The position numbers and the translations under genes were made by a program. The notes under the pieces are model-generated. The model worked only from the letters and a program-made list of their open reading frames with translations. It did no database searches and was not told where the DNA came from. 64,000 bases of DNA from Pirellulales bacterium (GTDB lineage: Bacteria; Planctomycetota; Planctomycetia; Pirellulales; PALSA-1355): assembly GCA_963733035.1 (NCBI GenBank), contig CAVTBU010000007.1, positions 288,001 to 352,000 of the forward strand, written 5' to 3'. Position 1 is the first letter of the stretch; every line of letters begins with the position of its first letter. This document shows positions 32,128-40,663 of the stretch, in pieces.

Positions 32128-33450
32128 ATGGCAACGGAAACGAAAACTGAAGTTGGTAGTTATTTCATTTCAAACTACCCGCCGTTTTCACAGTGGTCGT
32201 CCGAGGCGCTCGACGATGTGCGAGCCGCGTTGAACGCGCCGCCGCTGGTGCCGCCGGGCCAGTCGCAGCCGGCCCCGTTGGGCCTTTATTTGCACATCCC
32301 GTTTTGCCGCAAGCGCTGCAAGTTCTGCTATTTCCGCGTGTACACCGACAAGCGGGCCGACGACGTCGAGACCTATGTATCGGCCCTGTCGCGCGAAATC
32401 GAACTGGTGAGCAAGCTCCCCGTCATGGGCGGGCGGCCTTTCCGCTTCGTCTACTTTGGTGGCGGAACCCCTTCGTTCTTGAGCGGCAAGCAGCTTACCA
32501 GCCTCGTCGATCGACTGCGGGCGAACATCAACTGGGACGAAGCCGAGGAAGTCACTTTCGAATGCGAGCCGGGCACGCTCTCGCAGCCCAAGGTGGCCAC
32601 GCTCCGCGAACTCGGCGTTACGCGGCTCAGCCTGGGCGTCGAGAACTTCGGCGATGCGGTGCTCGAGGAAAACGGCCGGGCGCATCTTTCCGGCGAAGTG
32701 TACAAGGCGTGGGATTGGATTCGCGCCGCCGGGTTTCCGAACGTTAACATCGACCTGATTTCCGGCATGGTCGGCGAAACCTGGGATAACTGGAAGGATT
32801 GCGTGACCAAGACCATCGCGCTCGATCCCGATAGCGTGACGATCTACCAGATGGAGTTGCCCTTCAACACGGTCTACTCCAAGGACATCCTGGGAAATCA
32901 AATCGAAACGCCCGTCGCCGACTGGCCAACCAAACGGGCCTGGGTCGACTACGCGTTCAACGAATTGGCCTCCGCGGGCTACAGCACGTCAAGCGCCTAC
33001 ACCATGGTCAAGGACAAGAACAAGGTGAACTTCAGCTACCGCGACAATCTGTGGCACGGCAGCGACCTGTTGGCCACCGGCGTGGCCAGCTTTGGGCATG
33101 CCTCGGGCGTGCACTATCAGAACGAACCCGACTGGGCCGGATATATCGGCCGTCTCGAGCAGGGTGAACTGCCGCTGTATCGCGGCCTGAAGCCGACGCC
33201 TCATCAGCAGCTGGTGCGCGAGATGATTTTGCAGTTGAAGACGGGCCGGCTTGACGTAGCGTACTTCCGCGAGAAGTTTGGCGTCGACATCACCGATCAC
33301 TGGCGAGCCGAATTCCAACAACACGCCGACGACGAGTTGCTTACTTTCGACGAAAGCGAAGTCAAACTCACCCGCAAGGGTCTGCTGCGAGCCGACGCGC
33401 TGTTGCCATCCTTCTTCGAGCCAGAGCACCGCGGAGTGAGGTACACCTAG
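32128..33450 (+). CDS. HemN-like radical SAM protein
   Basis: SNYPP, LYLHIPFCRKRCKFCYF, YFGGGTPS, RLSLGVE, NIDLISG. Confidence 0.88.
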   Translation: MATETKTEVGSYFISNYPPFSQWSSEALDDVRAALNAPPLVPPGQSQPAPLGLYLHIPFCRKRCKFCYFRVYTDKRADDVETYVSALSREIELVSKLPVMGGRPFRFVYFGGGTPSFLSGKQLTSLVDRLRANINWDEAEEVTFECEPGTLSQPKVATLRELGVTRLSLGVENFGDAVLEENGRAHLSGEVYKAWDWIRAAGFPNVNIDLISGMVGETWDNWKDCVTKTIALDPDSVTIYQMELPFNTVYSKDILGNQIETPVADWPTKRAWVDYAFNELASAGYSTSSAYTMVKDKNKVNFSYRDNLWHGSDLLATGVASFGHASGVHYQNEPDWAGYIGRLEQGELPLYRGLKPTPHQQLVREMILQLKTGRLDVAYFREKFGVDITDHWRAEFQQHADDELLTFDESEVKLTRKGLLRADALLPSFFEPEHRGVRYT

Positions 33451-33608
33451 GAAGGTAGAAGTCAGCAGGATGAAGGAGGAGTAAGAGGTGCGCATGTCGG
33501 TCTTGGATCCTTCGGTTCGACTTCGGCCGTCGCTTGGTGCGATGATTTTGATTCAACTTTGAGAACTCCGGTTTTTCTCATCCCTCGTCCTTCTGGCTTC
33601 ATCCTTCC
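33450..33608. repeat. 32-bp imperfect inverted repeat with ~7-nt periodicity spanning the intergenic gap
   Basis: 33450-33481 versus the reverse complement of 33577-33608: 25/32 Watson-Crick pairs plus 2 G-U pairs. Confidence 0.7.
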
Positions 33609-33611
33609 GCC

Positions 33612-34058
33612 ATGCTCGTTTTCCTGATGGGCAAATACGAGGCGCGCTTTCCAACGGATCGGGTGTACGCCAGGAATCACATGTGGGCACAACCGGTCGA
33701 GGAGGGGTATCGGTTCGGGTTCACCGCCTATGCCGTGCGGTTGCTCCAGGACGTGTATTTTTTGGACTGGGAAGTGGGTGCCGGTGCGCCTTTGCGCGAA
33801 AAGCAGGAAATCGGCTCGATCGAGAGTTCCAAGGCCGAAAGTGCACTGTTTGCTCCAATTCCGGGCCAACTCACCCGGTTTAATGATGCCTTGCTGGCCG
33901 ATCCCTCGGCGATTAACGTCGACAATTACGGCAGGGGTTGGCTGTTCGAAATCGCCGGCGAAGGTCCCGATTTGTTGTCCCCGCAAGACTACCTGCTACA
34001 CTTGGAAGCAGCCTGGAAGGTCGCCGAGCGCACGATCAAAGGGCAAATGAACGAGTAA
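33612..34058 (+). CDS. Glycine cleavage H-like lipoyl-carrier protein (orphan)
   Basis: YARNHMWA, IGSIESSKAESALFAPIPG with the carrier Lys, INVDNYGRGWL; no gcvP/gcvT in window. Confidence 0.88.
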   Translation: MLVFLMGKYEARFPTDRVYARNHMWAQPVEEGYRFGFTAYAVRLLQDVYFLDWEVGAGAPLREKQEIGSIESSKAESALFAPIPGQLTRFNDALLADPSAINVDNYGRGWLFEIAGEGPDLLSPQDYLLHLEAAWKVAERTIKGQMNE

Positions 34059-34143
34059 TCGAAACGGCGAGTGCCAACGTCAAACGGCAACGCTGTCGCC
34101 CCGGGCGAACAAATGAACACGCCCTCTGTCCTCACCGCAATAA

Positions 34144-35262
34144 ATGGCCAAGCTCACCGTTGTCATCTCGCAGGGCCAAAGTGCCCACCCCGATAAGCGC
34201 GGGTTGGAGGAAGGACTCGTCGGGGCGCTGCTGTTCGAGAGCGGTGTCGAGGTGACGGTCATTCCTCACCTGTACGATCTGGCTCCGGGCAGCACCGGCA
34301 TGCTCTGCCTGGAGGGGATCCCAGGCGACTTGGTCATCGTGAGCTGGCTCTTCCCGCGGGCGGCCCACTGGACGCTCGACCGTGGCGGCATCAAGGGGCA
34401 TTTCGGCCAGACCCTCTTGGCCAGCGAAGCCGACGACGACGAGGAGTTTGAGGAAGATGAAACGGCCCAGGCCGACGGCGACGACAAACCGCGCGTCGGC
34501 GGCCGCGATCTGCCGAACCGCAGAATCTACCACATCCAGCTGACGCCCCAGTCGCGCGTCGAACCGATCGTCGCCGAAATCAAACGCATCCAGTCCGAGT
34601 CGCAGGTGAAAACCATCGACCTGATGGGCTGGATCGGCGGCGATCCAAAGCCCGAACAGCTTGCCCGGTTCATCGAGCCAACGAACGGGAACGTTGACAA
34701 GCAGCAGTCGAATTCCAGTCTGCCCATCACATCCAACGGCAATGGCACTGGGCCGACACCGTCAGCCAACACGACGGGGTCCTCTCCTGGCGAACCGGTG
34801 CGGATTATCGAAACGCCCGGTCGACGTTGGTATCCAGTGATCGACTACAGCCGCTGCACGAACTGCATGGAGTGCATCGACTTTTGCCTGTTCGGCGTCT
34901 ACGGCGTCGACGGAGCGGAAACGATCCTCGTCGAGCAGCCCGACAATTGTCGCAAGGGTTGCCCGGCGTGCAGCCGCGTGTGTCCCGAGAATGCGATCAT
35001 CTTCCCGCAGCACAAGACGCCCGGAATCGCCGGCAGCGACGTGGCCAGTGCCGGCGGCTTGAAGATCGATCTGTCGCAACTGTTCGGCGCGCCGAGCGCC
35101 ATCGAAATTGCCGCCCAGGAGCGGGATGTGGAGCTTGTCGCCACCGGTCGCGACGCGGTCGGCCTCACCGTCGGCATTCCCAAGCGCCAAGCCGACAAAC
35201 CGACCGGTCCGAAAGACGACCTCGACAAGCTGATGGATCAGTTGGACGACTTGGATTTGTAG
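34144..35262 (+). CDS. 2x[4Fe-4S] ferredoxin-domain protein with unknown N-terminal domain
   Basis: CTNCMECIDFC and CRKGCPACSRVCP motifs. Confidence 0.85.
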   Translation: MAKLTVVISQGQSAHPDKRGLEEGLVGALLFESGVEVTVIPHLYDLAPGSTGMLCLEGIPGDLVIVSWLFPRAAHWTLDRGGIKGHFGQTLLASEADDDEEFEEDETAQADGDDKPRVGGRDLPNRRIYHIQLTPQSRVEPIVAEIKRIQSESQVKTIDLMGWIGGDPKPEQLARFIEPTNGNVDKQQSNSSLPITSNGNGTGPTPSANTTGSSPGEPVRIIETPGRRWYPVIDYSRCTNCMECIDFCLFGVYGVDGAETILVEQPDNCRKGCPACSRVCPENAIIFPQHKTPGIAGSDVASAGGLKIDLSQLFGAPSAIEIAAQERDVELVATGRDAVGLTVGIPKRQADKPTGPKDDLDKLMDQLDDLDL

Positions 35263-35371
35263 AGGCGAGCGAGAATTGCCCGCGGACGACGATTCTACTT
35301 CGCGCTTGACGGGCGAGCGGTGGCGTTCTCGTACGCTTTCTAGTCGCGGATCCCGCCGGTTTTCCAGGCCC

Positions 35372-35400
35372 TTTATCACCGGGCGGCAGGCTGTTACCAT
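35372..35400 (+). promoter_or_regulatory. Putative promoter of the pfk-HAD-gnd-SDR block
   Basis: TTTATC-N17-TACCAT with extended -10 TG at 35392-35393. Confidence 0.4.
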
Positions 35401-35439
35401 TTGAGTTTCTTGCTCGCCTGAAAGTGCCCGGTGTCTGGT

Positions 35440-36729
35440 ATGTCCAAAGCCCGAAACATGGTCGTTGCCCAGAGCGGCGGCCCTAGCCCCGTCATCAATA
35501 ACAGCTTGCGGGGGATCATCGAAACCGCCCGCGAGCTGGCCGAAATCGGCACCGTTTACGGCGCTTGCCACGGCATCGAGGGAGTGCTGAAGGAGGAACT
35601 GCTCGATCTGTCGGCCCAACCGGCGGAAGAAGTGTCACTGTTGCGTTACACGCCCGCGGCCGGCTCGATTGGCACCTGCCGTTACAAGTTGCGGCCCAAG
35701 CAGACCGAGGACTTTGACCGTGTGATCGACGTGCTCAAAGCCCACGACGTCGGCTATTTCCTCTACATCGGCGGCAACGACTCGATGGATACCGCCAACA
35801 AGGTGGCCCGGCTCGCCCACGAGCGCGGACTCGACCTCGTCGGCATCGGCGTGCCCAAGACGATCGACAACGACGTGGGCGACAACGAGTACAAGCTAAT
35901 CGACCACACGCCGGGCTACGGTTCGGTGGCCAAATACTGGATGCACATGGTGCAGGCCGCCAACGAGGAGAACGAAGGCTCCTCGCCGGCCGATCCGGTT
36001 CTCGTGCTGCAGGCCATGGGTCGCAAGATCGGTTACATTCCGGCGGCCGCCCGGCTGGCCGATCCGAACCGCGAAATGCCGCTGCAAATCTATCTGGCCG
36101 AAAGCCCCTGTTCGCTCGAGCAGATGGCCGACCAGGTGAACGACCAGCTGCGCAAGCGCGGCCGCTGCATCGTGGTGGTGAGCGAAGGGTTCGACGTCGG
36201 CTCGATCGGCGAAGTCCGCGATTCGTTTGGCCACGTGATGTTCAGCTCGAGCCAGATGACCGTGGCGCAGGCCGTGGTGAACCATCTGAACAAGGTCGGC
36301 CTGGCCGCCAAGGGTGCCGCCCGCTGCAACGTGCCGGGAACCGATCAGCGGCACGCCATCGCACTGGCCTCGACGGTCGACCTGGAAGAGGCCTATCGCA
36401 GCGGGCAGCTGGCCGCCTTGCTGGCCGCTCGCGGCGCGAGCGGCAATATGTCGACGATCCTGCGAAACCCCGGCCCGATTTACAGCGTGCGCTACGACAA
36501 GGTGCCGCTGGAAGAAGTGGCCAACAGCGAGCGAACTTTTCCGGCCAAATGGATCACCGCCAGCGGCAATGACGTCACCGATGAGTTTGTCCGCTACGCC
36601 AAACCACTAGTCGGCGAAGAAATGCTCACGATGCCACTGGTCGACGGACGTTACCGCATGACGCGGTTTCAGAAGATTCATGCGAAACAAAAGCTGGGGC
36701 CATATGTGCCCGAGGCCGATCGCAAGTAG
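35440..36729 (+). CDS. pfp: PfkA-family, probably PPi-dependent phosphofructokinase
   Basis: QSGGPSPVIN, IGGNDSMDTA (Asp specifying PPi), PKTIDND, MGR, VVSEG. Confidence 0.85.
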   Translation: MSKARNMVVAQSGGPSPVINNSLRGIIETARELAEIGTVYGACHGIEGVLKEELLDLSAQPAEEVSLLRYTPAAGSIGTCRYKLRPKQTEDFDRVIDVLKAHDVGYFLYIGGNDSMDTANKVARLAHERGLDLVGIGVPKTIDNDVGDNEYKLIDHTPGYGSVAKYWMHMVQAANEENEGSSPADPVLVLQAMGRKIGYIPAAARLADPNREMPLQIYLAESPCSLEQMADQVNDQLRKRGRCIVVVSEGFDVGSIGEVRDSFGHVMFSSSQMTVAQAVVNHLNKVGLAAKGAARCNVPGTDQRHAIALASTVDLEEAYRSGQLAALLAARGASGNMSTILRNPGPIYSVRYDKVPLEEVANSERTFPAKWITASGNDVTDEFVRYAKPLVGEEMLTMPLVDGRYRMTRFQKIHAKQKLGPYVPEADRK

Positions 36730-36786
36730 TGAGTCCGCAACTCCATTGATCCCACGACGAATTATCTGAGACGGACAGCCTGGTTT

Positions 36787-37647
36787 ATGTACGAGATCAC
36801 TCCCCAGCACGATTTTCTGGTCGGCATCGATTCGGACGGCTGCGCGTTCGACACGATGGAAGTGAAGCACAAGGAGTGCTTCATTCCGAACATCATCAAC
36901 CACTACGGCCTGGCTGGCGTGAGCAAGTATGCTCGTGAGGCGGCCGAGTTCGTGAATCTATACAGCAAGAGCCGTGGTATTAACCGCTTCCCGGCCCTGA
37001 TCGAGGCCCTCCAGTGGCTCAAGGAGCGGCCCGAGGTGATTGCCCGCAAGGTGGAGATCAAGATTCCCCAGGGCGTCGTCGAGTGGATGAAGCGCGAAAC
37101 GAAGTTGGGTAACCCGGCGCTGGAAGCCGAGGTTGCCAACACGAACGACCCCGATCTGGCGCAGGCTCTCCGTTGGTCGAAGGCCGTGAATGCCACGGTG
37201 ACGGACATTGTGCGCGAGGTGCCGCCGTTTCCGTACGTGCGCGAGAGCCTGGAAAAGCTCGCGCCGCAAGCTGACTTGCTGGTCGTGTCGGCCACGCCGA
37301 ACGAAGCCCTCGAGCGCGAATGGGAAGAGCACGACCTGGCCAGGTACGTGCAGGCGATTTGCGGTCAGGAGGTCGGTTCGAAGAAAGAAACGCTAGCCAA
37401 CGCCAAGCATTACAAACCCGGCCACACGCTGATGATCGGCGATGCGCCCGGCGATTACAAAGCCGCGGTGGCCAACGACGCCCTGTTCTACCCGATCAAT
37501 CCCGGCCACGAGGAAGCGAGCTGGAAGCGATTGCATGAGGAAGGCATCGATCGGTTCATCGCCGGCACGTTTGCCGGCGAGTACCAAGACAAGCTACTGG
37601 CGGAGTTTGACGCGTATCTGCCCGAACTTCCGCCCTGGAAGAAATAG
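36787..37647 (+). CDS. HAD-family hydrolase
   Basis: GIDSDGCAFDT (motif I), VVSAT, K, MIGDAPGD. Confidence 0.85.
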   Translation: MYEITPQHDFLVGIDSDGCAFDTMEVKHKECFIPNIINHYGLAGVSKYAREAAEFVNLYSKSRGINRFPALIEALQWLKERPEVIARKVEIKIPQGVVEWMKRETKLGNPALEAEVANTNDPDLAQALRWSKAVNATVTDIVREVPPFPYVRESLEKLAPQADLLVVSATPNEALEREWEEHDLARYVQAICGQEVGSKKETLANAKHYKPGHTLMIGDAPGDYKAAVANDALFYPINPGHEEASWKRLHEEGIDRFIAGTFAGEYQDKLLAEFDAYLPELPPWKK

Positions 37648-37743
37648 TTTCCACCGGTAGGTCGGGCATTTGCCTGACAGACGCCACAATACCACTGCAT
37701 GTCAGGCCGAGGCCTGAGTTACACGAGGGAAAATACACGACCC

Positions 37744-39182
37744 ATGGCACAAACCTGTGACATTGGACTGATTGGCCTCGCCGTGATGGGCGAGAACCTG
37801 GCGCTCAACATGGAGAGCCGCGGCTACCACGTCGCGGTCTTCAACCGCACCACCAAGGTCGTCGACGGCTTCATGGCCGGCCGAGCCCAGGGCAAGAACT
37901 TCGTCGGCTGTCACTCGGTCGAAGAGCTGGTCCAGAATCTCAAGTCGCCGCGCAAGGTGATGATCATGGTCAAAGCCGGGCGCCGGTCGACGCCGTGATC
38001 GGTCAGCTCCTACCGCTGTTGAACAAGGGCGACGTGATCATCGACGGTGGCAACAGCTACTACGTCGATACCGAACGCCGCACCAAGGAAGTCGAGGATC
38101 AGGGGCTGCTGTATATCGGCACGGGCGTCTCAGGGGGCGAGGAGGGTGCACTGCTCGGCCCCAGCATGATGCCCGGCGGATCGCCCTCGGCGTGGCCGCT
38201 TGTCAAGCCAATTTTCCAGGCCATCGCGGCCAAGGTGGGGCCGAACGGCGACATTCCCTGTGCCGAATGGGTTGGACCGCGCGGAGCAGGACATTATGTC
38301 AAGATGGTGCACAACGGCATCGAGTACGGCGACATGCAGCTGATCTGCGAAGCCTACTTCGTGCTCAAGCATGCCCTGCGCCTCTCGAACGAGGAACTGT
38401 ACAACGTATTCGACGAGTGGAATCGCGGCGACCTGGACAGCTACCTGATCGAAATCACGCGAGACATCTTCAGCGTTCGCGACCCGGACACCAACAACTA
38501 CCTGGTCGACTACGTGCTCGACAGGGCCGGGGCCAAGGGGACCGGCAAATGGATGAGCCAGTTGGCACTCGACCTCGGCGTGCCCAGCACCTTGGTGACC
38601 GAAGCGGTGTATGCCCGCAGCTTGTCGGCCATGAAGGATGCCCGCGTCCGCGCGAGCAAAGTGCTCAAGGGCCCCACCGCGAAATTCGACGGAGACAAGC
38701 AACCGTTCATCGACGCCACGCGTCAGGCGCTATACGCCTCGAAGATCTGCAGTTATGCCCAGGGCTTTGTGCAGATGGAGGCGGCCGCCAGGGAGCACGA
38801 TTGGCCGCTCAACTTTGGCGACATCGCACTGTTGTGGCGGGGCGGCTGCATCATTCGAGCTCGTTTCCTCGATCGGATCAAGGAAGCGTTCGATGCCGAT
38901 CCGAAGCTGGAAAACCTGCTGCTGGCCCCGTACTTTACCGCGGCGGTGGAAACCGCCCAGCCGGCGTGGCGCCACGTCGTCTGCACGGCCATGCAACTGG
39001 GCATTCCGGTGCCGGCCTTCGCCTCGGCGTTGGCCTACTTCGACGGCTATCGCCAGGAGCGGCTGCCGGCCAACTTGCTTCAGGCCCAGCGCGATTATTT
39101 CGGTGCCCACACCTATGAGCGCACCGACAAACCCGGCTCCTTCCACAGCGACTGGCTGCGGTTGCGCCGCGAACCGAAATAA
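37744..39182 (+). CDS. gnd: NADP-dependent 6-phosphogluconate dehydrogenase, one G missing at 37978-37980
   Basis: [31 protein letters not shown] restored by +[35 protein letters not shown]. Confidence 0.95.
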
Positions 39183-39186
39183 GATC

Positions 39187-39969
39187 ATGCCCGCTTCCTA
39201 TCTCGACGAACTTTTCGGACTCTCTGGCCAGGTGGCTGTGGTGATCGGCGGCACCGGCGTACTGGGGGGCAGTTTGGCCGAGGGTATCGCTCGGGCGGGC
39301 GCCCAGGTGGTCGTTGCCGGCGGGCATGCGGTCCGTGGCCAGGCGCGAGTCGACGCGATTGCAGGGCAGGGGGGGGCGGCTGCGTTTCTGCCGGTAAACG
39401 TTAGCGATCGCAAATCGATCGAAGACCTGCTCGCCGCAACGGTCGCGAAGTTTGGCCGCGTCGACATGCTGGTCAACTGCGCCGGCGTCAATTCGGCCAG
39501 CGACTACTTCGACGTGAACGATGAAGATTGGCAGCGCGTGATCGACATCAATCTCCGCGGCACGCATTGGGGCTGCCAGATCTTTCGCGCGCACATGGCC
39601 GCCCATGGCGGCGGCTCGATTCTCAACATTGGCAGCGTCACGTCGGACAAACCGCTCTCGCGCGTATTTGCCTACAGCGCCTCGAAGGCCGCCGTGGTCA
39701 ACCTGACGCAAAACGTGGCCCGGGAGCTCGCCCCTAAGCAAGTCCGCGTGAACGCCATCTGCCCCGGTTTTTTTCCCGCGGAACAAAACCGGGCCATCCT
39801 CGACGAAACGCGCACCGCCAATATCATGGCTCAAACGCCAATGGCCCGATTTGGCGATCCAGAGGAACTCGTGGGCGCAACGCTGTTGTTGCTCTCAAAG
39901 AGGGCGGGCAGCTACATCACAGGTGCGGCGTATTACGTCGACGGCGGATTCACGGCCATGCGGTTCTAG
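39187..39969 (+). CDS. SDR oxidoreductase (D-mannonate/2-keto-3-deoxygluconate dehydrogenase-like)
   Basis: GGTGVLGG, NCAG, YSASK, VNAICPGFFPAEQN, VDGGF. Confidence 0.85.
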   Translation: MPASYLDELFGLSGQVAVVIGGTGVLGGSLAEGIARAGAQVVVAGGHAVRGQARVDAIAGQGGAAAFLPVNVSDRKSIEDLLAATVAKFGRVDMLVNCAGVNSASDYFDVNDEDWQRVIDINLRGTHWGCQIFRAHMAAHGGGSILNIGSVTSDKPLSRVFAYSASKAAVVNLTQNVARELAPKQVRVNAICPGFFPAEQNRAILDETRTANIMAQTPMARFGDPEELVGATLLLLSKRAGSYITGAAYYVDGGFTAMRF

Positions 39970-39982
39970 CAGTCGGCCAAAA

Positions 39983-40528
39983 TTACACCGGCGTGACGAT
40001 CTCGAGCAGCTCCACGGCCGGTTCGCCGTCGAAGTGAATGATGGCCGTGCGGCCGTAGGTAATCTGACCGGGCTGCAGGCCGAACAGCTTTCGCAGGTCT
40101 TCGCCAGGCGTGACCTTGTAGAGCCGCGTCAGGTGCACTTCGCGGAGCACATTGTGCTCGATCAGAATCCGACCAAGCGGGGTTTGTCGGCTTTCGATCT
40201 CGGCCCGCACCGAAGGATTCACACAGGCAAAGTCCAGCCGCATGATGCCGAACTGCACGATCTGGCCGTCTCCCTGCCGGGCCAGCAGAATTTTTCGGGA
40301 GTAGTGATCACCGTCGAGCCGCGATTCGAGTACGCGAACGTCGACTTTATCATTGTGAAACCGCTCGACGGTCACCGTCATGTGACTATCGTGCGCCAGC
40401 AACATGCGGTAATCGCGCTTGAGGTCGTGGGAATCGACCTCCTCGAATTGTCCCAGTTCTTCCGGCCGATCGTAAAACAGCGCGATCAGGGTATCCAGGT
40501 CGGGAGTCACGGCGTGCGAATCGCTCAC
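39983..40528 (-). CDS. Chorismate-lyase (UbiC/UTRA-fold)-like protein
   Basis: 181 aa; LLAHDSHMTVTVE, YSRKILL, TPLGRIL and GRTA...LLEIV parallel UbiC SMT..L, R.I.L, PLG..L and R...E motifs. Confidence 0.6.
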   Translation of the reverse strand: MSDSHAVTPDLDTLIALFYDRPEELGQFEEVDSHDLKRDYRMLLAHDSHMTVTVERFHNDKVDVRVLESRLDGDHYSRKILLARQGDGQIVQFGIMRLDFACVNPSVRAEIESRQTPLGRILIEHNVLREVHLTRLYKVTPGEDLRKLFGLQPGQITYGRTAIIHFDGEPAVELLEIVTPV

Positions 40529-40663
40529 GATTTTGCGGCCTCTAATCGAAACGTGGGCGGGCAGTAAAGGAGGGATTGCTTACACTGGCTCCAAACGCGT
40601 CGGGCCAATATAGTTCGGCTGCCATTAATTCTATTTCGTGGTCAACACGGACAGAAATCACCC

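Noticed and set aside
32128..33450. True coproporphyrinogen III oxidase hemN or heme chaperone hemW
   Set aside because: No heme genes nearby and the HemW HNxxYW motif is absent (YRDNLW); left as HemN-like without a gene symbol.
37960..38000. Programmed ribosomal frameshift in gnd (and at the other breaks)
   Set aside because: No slippery heptamer seen; indels have mixed sign and fall in unrelated genes, which fits sequencing error.
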